This document shows positions 56,175 to 64,000 of a DNA stretch of 64,000 nucleotides, piece by piece (the stretch's first letter is position 1; each line of letters opens with the position of its first letter). The notes beneath the pieces are model-generated. The model had not been told where the DNA came from, ran no database searches, and worked only from the letters and a program-made list of their open reading frames with translations. Where the stretch lies: the NCBI GenBank assembly GCA_041601615.1, contig JBFIHX010000002.1, positions 1 through 64,000 on the forward strand, written 5' to 3'. Position numbers and translations under genes: made by a program. Source of the DNA: Thermoplasmatota archaeon. Its GTDB lineage: Archaea; Thermoplasmatota; E2; JACPAO01; JAHFTW01.

Positions 56175-56471
56175 TCAGGCGATGGCCGTGATCATGGGGG
56201 GCGGTGTGTAGGTTGGGGCGGGCACCATCCAGGGGTCTGGGTCGGCGGGCTTCTTTCCAGCCAAGCCGCCGCAGCACCTGGGCGCGTCGCGGACTGCGAG
56301 TTTTCTGCCTGCTTCTCGCTTGGCTACGAGCTTGGCTTGTCGGGCGGTGAATGGACCGTACCAGCGCGTGGTTTGGGTGCGGGGTTTTCGGTTCAGAACA
56401 CTGTGGCAATCGGAGCGGTGGATGGCGGGTCCTTCGGCGCCAAGCAGATCGACGTAGACGTGGTAGGTCAT
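56175..56471 (-). CDS. Small hypothetical, possible Zn-binding protein
   Basis: IHRSDC...WYGPF...CC. Confidence 0.55.
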   Translation of the reverse strand: MTYHVYVDLLGAEGPAIHRSDCHSVLNRKPRTQTTRWYGPFTARQAKLVAKREAGRKLAVRDAPRCCGGLAGKKPADPDPWMVPAPTYTPPPMITAIA

Positions 56472-56539
56472 GGGTGTACATGCCGCCAGGTGCAGACAGG
56501 TTCTTGTGCAAGAGCCAGGGGGGAGCGAATCCACTGGAT

Positions 56540-57361
56540 TCAGGTCGCCCGCATCCACATAAGAAGCGCCTGGAGAGATTCCTGGAAATCCTCCGGCGCT
56601 CCGTGCCAAGGCGCGCCATGCCCGGGAAAAACGTACTGGACCGGCAGGCCCGCCAAGCGTTCCATGCTGCGCGTCTGTGTGGGCCAGTCAAACCAGCACG
56701 CGTTTCGAAATGCCGTGAGGGCCGCTCCCCGGCCGGCAAGGTGGTCCCCTGTGAACAACGTCGATCCAAATCGGTACACGACGCTGCCTCGGGAATGGCC
56801 GGGGACATGCAGCCAGTCCAGTCCCGCCACGCGCCCGCCCTCGCCGACGAGCAAGTGCTCTGCTTCGATGACTGCGTCGTCCGTGTGTATGCTGCGGGGT
56901 GCTCCAAAATGGTCGTGCCATTTCTGATGGGCCGCCACGTCGTCACGGTGCGTCAAAAGGATGTGTTGCAATCCGCCCAGTGCTTCGATTGCCTGCACGA
57001 GCGGGGCGGCAAAACGCGGCACATCCACCAATACGTTTCCCTCGTCGGTGCGGACCAAGTAGGAAGCGGCTCCGAAACTGTGCCGATCGTGGTAGCCGCA
57101 ATGCCAGACCTCCGGGGCCACGGGGCGCGGAAACTCCACGTGAGCCGCTGGCCCGCCGATGCTGCCGGTCGGACAAGCCACCAATGCCGCCGACGCGTCC
57201 GGATCACGCGCTGCTGGCTGGGCAAACACCGCGCTCTGGCCTCCGGCCTGTCGGAATACGCTCGGCGCCATCCACATGCACGTTCCGCAGTCGATACAGG
57301 TGTCGTCTACGAACCATGGGCCCTGGGTGTTCTCTGTCCGACGACGAGCGGGGTCGGCCAT
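56540..57361 (-). CDS. Ferredoxin-fused MBL-fold hydrolase
   Basis: CIDCGTC...CP; THRDD, PGHS, TGDH, PGHG. Confidence 0.92.
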   Translation of the reverse strand: MADPARRRTENTQGPWFVDDTCIDCGTCMWMAPSVFRQAGGQSAVFAQPAARDPDASAALVACPTGSIGGPAAHVEFPRPVAPEVWHCGYHDRHSFGAASYLVRTDEGNVLVDVPRFAAPLVQAIEALGGLQHILLTHRDDVAAHQKWHDHFGAPRSIHTDDAVIEAEHLLVGEGGRVAGLDWLHVPGHSRGSVVYRFGSTLFTGDHLAGRGAALTAFRNACWFDWPTQTRSMERLAGLPVQYVFPGHGAPWHGAPEDFQESLQALLMWMRAT

Positions 57362-57621
57362 GCAAGTGGATGGCGGTGCGGGCGCTTTTTGCTATGGGTG
57401 CGGGCTACTTCTTGCCGCTTGCCTTTCCTGCCTGCTTGGCGTTGTTGACCGCCGTGCTCTTGCTGGCGCCCTTGCCTTGGTGGTGGGCGGAGTGGGCGGG
57501 ATTCTTCTGGTTGGCTCGGTTGGTTTCGCTGCTGATTTTGGTCATCATTCCACCTTGGCGCTTGGCGCCGTCCGTCCATCGAATCGGCTTCATGGACGTT
57601 TAGGGCATGTTGTAGCGGGCC

Positions 57622-58272
57622 TTAGGAAAGTGCAGATTCCAAGAACCGATTGTAGTCCAGCACCGGCCGCACCGCCGCCTGGAACGCCTTGAGTAGGTTG
57701 CCGGTCACAGCCTCGGCTGCCAACTCCACGTGCCCGAGGTAGTTTTTGAGCCGCAGCGCCTCCACCAGCGGGTGGTTTTTGCCGTAGCCTCGCGGCGCAG
57801 ACTTGAGCCGTTCGCCGTCGAGCCGGACGCCCGAGGAGGCGCGGCTCCAGCCGTCGGGATCGGCGACGATGGCGTCTCGGATGCGGTTCAAGACGGGCGT
57901 CGGGGCGGACCAAATGCCGCCGCCAATGCCCGCTCCTTCTGGATCAAATCGAATGCCGAGCCCGGGCATGGGGTGGTCGGGGGTTGCGTCGCGGTGTTGA
58001 AAATGCACGAGGACGTGGTCGTTGTACGGAGTTTTGTCGGCGCTGAATCGAACATCGCGGTGGATTTTGCCGAGGCTTCCTCCGACGTTCTTGGCCACCG
58101 CCTTGTAGGGGAGGTTTTCGGCGTCAAACCAGTCGCCCACGTCGGTGATGAACTGCAGCGCGGGGTCGCGCACGAAGGTTTCGTAGGCTTCCTTGTGCTC
58201 TTGAAACCAGGCGCGGTCGTTGTTGTGCGCGAGGGCCTCCAGAAACCCAAGGGTGTCGTTCGAGAAGTACAC
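57622..58272 (-). CDS. DUF2461 (TIGR02453) protein
   Basis: NNDRAWF, IHRDVRFSADKTPY, LKSAPRG. Confidence 0.92.
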   Translation of the reverse strand: MYFSNDTLGFLEALAHNNDRAWFQEHKEAYETFVRDPALQFITDVGDWFDAENLPYKAVAKNVGGSLGKIHRDVRFSADKTPYNDHVLVHFQHRDATPDHPMPGLGIRFDPEGAGIGGGIWSAPTPVLNRIRDAIVADPDGWSRASSGVRLDGERLKSAPRGYGKNHPLVEALRLKNYLGHVELAAEAVTGNLLKAFQAAVRPVLDYNRFLESALS

Positions 58273-58314
58273 GAGGCGGCAAGGGCCGGGGGGTTTTCAG
58301 CGCGACGGGGGGGG

Positions 58315-59670
58315 CTAGAGTGAAGCTACGGTGCGCCGGTACAGCAGGTCCGCTCGAATGCCGTCGCCGGGTTGCGGGTTTGCATTCGTTCGGTCTTTTT
58401 GCAGGATGGCGTGCACGGTGTCGTCTGGGCCCACTGCGATTTGGAAAAAGTCCCGTGGTGGCGTGGTGCCCTTTCCAGCGGGTGCTTCGAGGAGGGGGAC
58501 GTGGCGGTAGGTGGGCGCGGGGCTGTCGGCGTCGAGGCTCAGCAGCAAGTGTGGCGTCCATTCGGTGGTTTCTTTCACTTCTAGGTCTGTGCTGGCGTAG
58601 AAGGCGACGGCGTGGACGCCCCCGCTACCGGCGGCACTGTGCAGAAGCCCGAATCGGCCCGCAAACGGCGTGATGTCTTGCGGTTCGCTCCATGCCCCGT
58701 CGTGGGCTGCGTGCGCGACTCGAATTTGGCCGGGGGTGGTGCCATGCCAAACGAAATCCTGGACGCCCTCGAAGGTGGCGTCGTCGTCGATCCATGCGGC
58801 GTGGCGGGTGCCATCGCGGTCGATGGCGGCGCCGGGAATGAGCAGGGACGGTCCGTGTTCGTACGCCGCCGTGAAAGGGTTTGTCCAGATGCGGCCTCGG
58901 TCCAGGCTTTCGTGGACGCGCAGGTTGGGGCCGTCGATGCAGACCACGATTAGGTCCATGTCGTTGCTGGGGTCGGCGGCGGGGACACACCAGTCGTCGA
59001 AGGCGCGGCCGAGGCTCCAGGTGAGACCGCCGTCTTCGCTGCGGTGCAGCCACTTGGAGCCGGGCTCGGAGTCGCCGGTCATGATGCTTTCGGGTGCGGG
59101 AAGAGCGGCGCCGTTGTTTCCGAGTAGGTAGACGATGCCGTCGCCTTGGGCGGTCAGCCAGGGTCGGTCGTCCAAGGGGCTTGCGGTGCCTTGGATGGGT
59201 CGGCTAAAGTCCCAGGCGGGGCCGGTGGGGGATTGACTCCAGCGGCTGATGGTGTTGTCGGCAAGGTAGGTGTCGACGAAATAGAGGCGGCCGGCGGCGT
59301 CGACGGTGATGTCGCCTTCGAGCCCGAGCATCCATTGGTGTGCTTGGGCGGGACTCGGCAGGTCGTTCCAGGTGGTGCCGTTGTCGCGGCTGTACCAGAG
59401 CCATGAGGCGAGTCGGGCCGAACTGGTTGCTAGTTCTCCGGGGCGGCGGGAGGTGGCGGCGGTGACGTAGATGGTGCCGTCGGGCCCTACTTCGATGCTG
59501 GGCTCGAAGCCACCGTGGGTGTCGGCGGTAAGAAGGACGGGCGCGGAGAGCAGGACGGGAGCCCAGTCTGTTGGGTCCAAACTTTCCAAGCCCGTGGGAT
59601 TGCCGGGGGCTGGATTGAGACAGCCAGCACTCAGGGCCAACAGGATGGGAAGCAGCGCAATGGCACGCAC
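58315..59670 (-). CDS. BNR/sialidase-like beta-propeller lipoprotein
   Basis: SAGC lipobox; Asp-boxes SRDNGTTW, SEDGGLTW, SLDRGRIW. Confidence 0.85.
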   Translation of the reverse strand: MRAIALLPILLALSAGCLNPAPGNPTGLESLDPTDWAPVLLSAPVLLTADTHGGFEPSIEVGPDGTIYVTAATSRRPGELATSSARLASWLWYSRDNGTTWNDLPSPAQAHQWMLGLEGDITVDAAGRLYFVDTYLADNTISRWSQSPTGPAWDFSRPIQGTASPLDDRPWLTAQGDGIVYLLGNNGAALPAPESIMTGDSEPGSKWLHRSEDGGLTWSLGRAFDDWCVPAADPSNDMDLIVVCIDGPNLRVHESLDRGRIWTNPFTAAYEHGPSLLIPGAAIDRDGTRHAAWIDDDATFEGVQDFVWHGTTPGQIRVAHAAHDGAWSEPQDITPFAGRFGLLHSAAGSGGVHAVAFYASTDLEVKETTEWTPHLLLSLDADSPAPTYRHVPLLEAPAGKGTTPPRDFFQIAVGPDDTVHAILQKDRTNANPQPGDGIRADLLYRRTVASL

Positions 59671-59792
59671 GAACGGCCAGAACGCGTCGGACGCTTGGGG
59701 TTCCTGACCGTGTCGCTACCCGAGAAGGGCGGGATGATGAAGGGCAGGGAAAAGGAAGGGAAAGGGACGTTGCGGGGCCAGCGGCGAACTAC

Positions 59793-60080
59793 CTAGACCG
59801 CTTTCATCGGGGCAACTGTGGAGACGCTGATCAGGGGTTTGCCTTCCACGCCGGCTTCCTGCTGCGCCTTGCGAAGTTCGTCGCTGTGGATGAATCGGTC
59901 TGCTTCCTGCTGGGAAGGGAAGTCCATGACGATGCAGAGGCGGTTGTCGTCGTCGGGGGAGCAGTAGATCCGTTCGTTGCTTGCGTGGAAGGAGGCGCGC
60001 ATGGTGCGGTTGCGCTCGAAGGTGGATTTCCAGTCTGAGTACTTGCGCACGCGAAGTTCGGCGGTGACGATGGTGGTCAT
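59793..60080 (-). CDS. ABM/cyclase-like protein, paralog of 53378-53662
   Basis: VRKYSDWK...AGVEGKP. Confidence 0.75.
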   Translation of the reverse strand: MTTIVTAELRVRKYSDWKSTFERNRTMRASFHASNERIYCSPDDDNRLCIVMDFPSQQEADRFIHSDELRKAQQEAGVEGKPLISVSTVAPMKAV

Positions 60081-60517
60081 GGGATGTTCCTGCGCCGGGT
60101 GGGCGCTGAAGCAGGCCACGGGAGGACGGGCAGAGTGATTTTGCTCAGATGCGGCGGTTCCAGCCGCGTGGTTCGCCGAACTCGTCAAGCCATCCTCGGG
60201 CATTGGCTGGTCTCGGTTCAAGTTGCGATGGACTATGCGCGCAAGCCCGCTGGCGCCGCCTTGCCCGCGAATGCTTGCTCCTGTGTCGGCGTTTGTGACG
60301 ATGGCCATGGCCGCCTCATGGGAGTCGAGCAAGCCAAGGACTCAGCCCAGGTCTCCGGCGCGCACCAGTGGGTCGGGAAGTGTCACGCGGCAGGCCTTCG
60401 CTCCCCAGATCAGCAGGACGACGAGTGCGGCGACGGAGCCGGCGGCGACGAGAACCAGGAATTCTACTGTCATTGTGAAAGTACATATCGAATGCGCACC
60501 ATAAGTGATCCCGGAAT

Positions 60518-61033
60518 ATGGACACAGCCACTGTCGCGACACACAGCGCCACACATGCGCTGCCCGCCCCCGCCGCCCCCGCCGCCACTTCGGCACCGGC
60601 CAGCACCGATTGCCCCCTCATGGACGACGCCTGCATGGCCGAATTTCAAGAGTCGCGTCAGGTCGCCGCATCGCTATCCCTGCGCATGCGAACGTTCCTG
60701 CATGGCCGCAGCCAGGACGAACAAGCGGCCTGGATTCGCACCAGCATGAGTGTCAGCAGGGAACTGTTTCAGCCCTGGAGCATGGAATTGCTGTACCTCA
60801 CGGGCGTGCTTGGCAAGGCTCGATTTTCGGAACTCGAACGCTTGCTCGGCATCAGCAGTCGAACGCTCAGCAACAAACTCAAGGGACTCACCCAGGCTGG
60901 GTTCCTCGATCGCCACGTCCTGGATGAAACCCCCGTGCGCATCGAGTACGCTCTCAGCAAGCACGGTCGCGCCACGGCTGCATTGGCAGCACCGCTGTTT
61001 GCGCACCTGAATTTGCACGCAACAAGCCAGTAG
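60518..61033 (+). CDS. HxlR family regulator
   Basis: WSMELL, RFSEL, SRTLSNKL, RIEYALS; alternative start 60620. Confidence 0.9.
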   Translation: MDTATVATHSATHALPAPAAPAATSAPASTDCPLMDDACMAEFQESRQVAASLSLRMRTFLHGRSQDEQAAWIRTSMSVSRELFQPWSMELLYLTGVLGKARFSELERLLGISSRTLSNKLKGLTQAGFLDRHVLDETPVRIEYALSKHGRATAALAAPLFAHLNLHATSQ

Positions 61034-61078
61034 CAAATCCCTACCAATTCAGTAGGAAATTGCTATCAAGGCTTGCAA

Positions 61079-61765
61079 TTACGCGGAAGCAGGAGCCGCA
61101 GCTACGAGCGCGCCGCCCAGATTCTTGACGTAGGCCCGGTTCAGATCATGGAACTCAGGCACAACGCTTTGCTGCACTTCCGGCAGAGCAAGGAGCCGGT
61201 TTGCGTAGGTATTCAGCTTGGGAAGGCGGGTCGCGTCGAGCATTGTGACGCCGAACTCCTCCATGGCTTGCAAGCGCATGAAGAGCGGAGCGACTGCCGT
61301 ATCGATGAGGTTCAATTCCGAGCCATTCCAAAACGGACCGTCGCGGTTGGCCCACTGCGCCTCCATCTTGTCCAGCTTGCCCGCCAACGCCTCGCGGTGC
61401 TGCTCTAGGTCCTTCGGGTTGGCAGCGTGGCTCATCATGTAGACGTCCACGAAGCAGGCGCTGGCAAACTCGATCCATGCGCGATTCAGGGCCTTCGTGA
61501 TAGGGTCCTTCGGCATCATGTCGCCGCCCGTCACTTCGTCCACGAACTCATTGATGACCGCCGACTCGAACAGCACTTCCTCTCGGTCGCCGTCGCGCAC
61601 TTGCAGCACCGGCACCTTGCCAAACGGCGAGATTTCCGTGAACCACTGGGGCGGGTCAGCCAAATCGATGTACTTGATCGAAAAATCACGGCCCTTGTGC
61701 TTGAGCGTAATCACGCTGCGCTGCACGTACGGGCAGAGCTTGAACGAAACCAGTTCGAGTTCCAT
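61079..61765 (-). CDS. Glutathione S-transferase family protein
   Basis: CPYVQR, SPFGKVPVL, FESAVI, LIDTA. Confidence 0.93.
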   Translation of the reverse strand: MELELVSFKLCPYVQRSVITLKHKGRDFSIKYIDLADPPQWFTEISPFGKVPVLQVRDGDREEVLFESAVINEFVDEVTGGDMMPKDPITKALNRAWIEFASACFVDVYMMSHAANPKDLEQHREALAGKLDKMEAQWANRDGPFWNGSELNLIDTAVAPLFMRLQAMEEFGVTMLDATRLPKLNTYANRLLALPEVQQSVVPEFHDLNRAYVKNLGGALVAAAPASA

Positions 61766-61894
61766 GGTCCCCCTGTCAGTACCCCACTGGTTTGAACGCT
61801 CGGGTTGTGGCCGGCGCTTCTTTCCGCATCCCCCGGACATTCAAGCAATCCACCAACAAGCGTTTCAAAGGCACCCCGGCCTGTTGTCGCTGTT

Positions 61895-63346
61895 ATGGTC
61901 GAGGGCGGACCGTCGAGAACCGGCGGGGGAGGATGGATTGCCACCCGCCCCCCGCTCGACGGACCGAGTCGTTTGCGCATCCTCGTGGGCACCATTGCCA
62001 TCCTTGTCGCAGTGGTTTCCAGCCTGGCGCTTCTGAACCTCCTCGTGGTCGAACCCGTCGTCGGCGACGGCGCCGGCAACACGGGAGGACAACCCGGCGG
62101 CACCATCGACGATCCGGGCACCACGGGACAGCCCAACGAAGGCGGTGATTCAGGAGAAGGGGACGGGGGCCAACCCGGTAGCAAGGCAAATCCCTGCACC
62201 ACGGCAAAATCGTGGGTCGGTGGCTCCGCCGTTACCTTCACCGTCCTTTCCCTGGCGCTCTGGGTGCTCTCCGTCTGGTGGCGCCAGAGCCGCCAAACCC
62301 GCGTCATGAACGGCTGGGCCATCACAGCGCTCGTCTTCACGCTCGTGGCCGCAACGCTGCTGTTTTCCTGGTGGCTCGTGGTCAAAATCTGCAACCTTGA
62401 CATCTTCGACCTCAAGGCCTGCCGCGAAATCGCCCGCAGCCTCCTAGGCGCCTTCTTGGGCTTTGGCATCCCCGGCCTCGGACTCATTGGCTTCGCCATC
62501 GCCAAGAAACGACAAGGCGGCCGCTTCATGGGCATCTGGTCCGGCGCCGGTTTCGTCTTCCTGTACCTAGCGATTCTCTCCATGGTTGGCTGGCTGGTCG
62601 CGGACGACTTTTGCGACCGGCGCTTCGAGCCACCGGACCCCGACGACATCCCCAATCCTGACGACCCCGGCGGCGACGATCCCGGCGGCGATTCCGGCAA
62701 CGGCGGCGAAGGCGGCAACACCGGCGAACCTGGCGGAAGCAATCCCGGGGGCAACAACGGCGGCGGCAACAACCCCACGGGCGGCGGCGGAGGCAGCCGA
62801 GGCGGAGGAGGGGGCGGAGGCGGACTTCCCACACTCACAGCCCCGCAAATCAGCCCTGTGATGCTGCTCGTTCTGCTCGGCATGGCCGCCGTGCTCGTCA
62901 TCATCGTACTCGCGGTGCGCACGCGTCACAACCCCGCCATGAATCTCGGTGGCGGACACGAGGAAATTGCCATCGAAGACCGAGGAACCCTCCTAGCGCT
63001 CCTCAAGCGCACCGACCTCCAATCCGACGACCAAGTGGTCGCATCCTACCGCAGCTACCTCGGCTGGGCCACCGTGCGCGGTGTCGGAAAATACCCGCAC
63101 GAGACGCCACGCGAACACGGCCAACGAGTCACTTACGAACTCGATTTGCCTTGGCAGCAAACCGAGCCCCTGCTCGAAGCCTACACCCACGTCCGCCTTG
63201 GACACGAAGAATTGGACGAACAACTGCGCCAAGCCGCCGTGGCCTTTGCCGAGGGTATTCGCGACGGCGCCATTCGCCCCGGCCGCCCCTTTGCAGTTCC
63301 CGCCGACGCCAAAGCCAAAAAGAGCCCCGCGAAGGAGGAATCTTAG
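61895..63346 (+). CDS. DUF4129-domain membrane protein
   Basis: TM helices, Gly-rich linkers, ETPRE, YTHVRLG; upstream of MoxR. Confidence 0.85.
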   Translation: MVEGGPSRTGGGGWIATRPPLDGPSRLRILVGTIAILVAVVSSLALLNLLVVEPVVGDGAGNTGGQPGGTIDDPGTTGQPNEGGDSGEGDGGQPGSKANPCTTAKSWVGGSAVTFTVLSLALWVLSVWWRQSRQTRVMNGWAITALVFTLVAATLLFSWWLVVKICNLDIFDLKACREIARSLLGAFLGFGIPGLGLIGFAIAKKRQGGRFMGIWSGAGFVFLYLAILSMVGWLVADDFCDRRFEPPDPDDIPNPDDPGGDDPGGDSGNGGEGGNTGEPGGSNPGGNNGGGNNPTGGGGGSRGGGGGGGGLPTLTAPQISPVMLLVLLGMAAVLVIIVLAVRTRHNPAMNLGGGHEEIAIEDRGTLLALLKRTDLQSDDQVVASYRSYLGWATVRGVGKYPHETPREHGQRVTYELDLPWQQTEPLLEAYTHVRLGHEELDEQLRQAAVAFAEGIRDGAIRPGRPFAVPADAKAKKSPAKEES

Positions 63347-63855
63347 TGGGCTGGGTCGCGGCATTGCTGTTTCTGGGCGCCACCGTCGTGCTCATTTCCA
63401 TCGTCTGGAAAAAAGTCGCCGTGGACGAAGTGGGCGAAGTGCGCTACAAGCCCATCCAGACCGGAGTCCAAGGCAAAGTCGCCTACTGGCTCGCCGAAAA
63501 CGCCCCCCTGCGTGCGCCTCGGCCGCCCACCAAGAAAAAACGCAAGGGAAAACCCGACCCCGAATCTCCCGCCGGCCGTGCTCTGGCTGCGATGATCCGC
63601 CAAGAAATGGTCGAACAACAACTGGCCGCCGAAGCCGCCCACGAACACCTACTCGAGCGCGCCCCCGGCCCCGTCGCCCGCGCCTTCTTGGACGGCCGCA
63701 TGCGACGCGCCACCGTCCTCTATGCTCTTACCCGATACACAGGCCCCGGCTGGCTCTTTTGGCCATGGCTTGGTCTTATCGCGTCCGTGCGCTACGGCCG
63801 CAGGCGCCTCTACCTTGATACCGTCACGCACGCCGTGCGGGAGATGCGAACATGA
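63346..63855 (+). CDS. Hypothetical membrane protein in MoxR operon
   Basis: Overlaps both neighbours; N-terminal TM. Confidence 0.7.
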   Translation: MGWVAALLFLGATVVLISIVWKKVAVDEVGEVRYKPIQTGVQGKVAYWLAENAPLRAPRPPTKKKRKGKPDPESPAGRALAAMIRQEMVEQQLAAEAAHEHLLERAPGPVARAFLDGRMRRATVLYALTRYTGPGWLFWPWLGLIASVRYGRRRLYLDTVTHAVREMRT

Positions 63856-64000
63856 GTGTAACCACCGCCCAACGAAAGAACGCAGGCCTTGTCGCCCAGA
63901 ACATCATCGAGGAGACCAGCAAGGTCATCGTCGGAAAGGAACGCAGCATCCGCCACGCCGTCTACGGCATGCTCGCCAACGGCCACTGCCTCTTCGAAGA
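63852..64000 (+). CDS. MoxR family AAA+ ATPase, 5' fragment
   Basis: SKVIVGK...LANGHCLFE, truncated by window end. Confidence 0.85.
   Translation, partial: MSVTTAQRKNAGLVAQNIIEETSKVIVGKERSIRHAVYGMLANGHCLFE

Noticed and set aside
57394-57603. Hydrophobic plus-strand ORF MGAGYFLPL...
   Set aside because: Could be a small membrane protein but has no recognisable motif; support is insufficient
60081-60480. Short minus-strand ORFs upstream of the ABM-like gene
   Set aside because: No motif or clear start signals; cannot be distinguished from intergenic sequence
62640-62825. GGC-rich tandem repeats
   Set aside because: Explained by the Gly/Asp/Asn linker of the DUF4129 protein

Overview
GC-rich archaeal chromosomal window; the 16S sequence and gene content suggest Thermoplasmatota (by eye, not a computed placement). 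It begins with the 5' half of a minus-strand 16S rRNA gene, preceded by six bipartite repeats that look like tandem promoters. Housekeeping genes (rpl11, dph5, Trm5-type methylase, Lhr, pepP, archaeal thrS, guaAA, atpD, nep1, etfBA, rps6e) are interleaved with toxin/defence-like genes (HEPN-MNT, two Fic, Mrr-type nuclease, a wHTH plus possible TIR/NDT-like pair), many secreted proteins and lipoproteins, and a 15-kb stretch of stress/detoxification genes. The best candidate for an undescribed system is a tandem array of four paralogous secreted 4-Cys peptides (34.4-35.7 kb), three of which carry the same 24-bp upstream box, divergent from a membrane patatin. Also notable: twin palindromic operators that appear to link a DtxR-family regulator to a PhnDCE-like ABC transporter, structured r-protein leaders, an unexplained long-range paired element at 6.05-6.27 kb, and two conserved genes with no canonical start codon. 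All product calls come from motif recognition; no searches were run.
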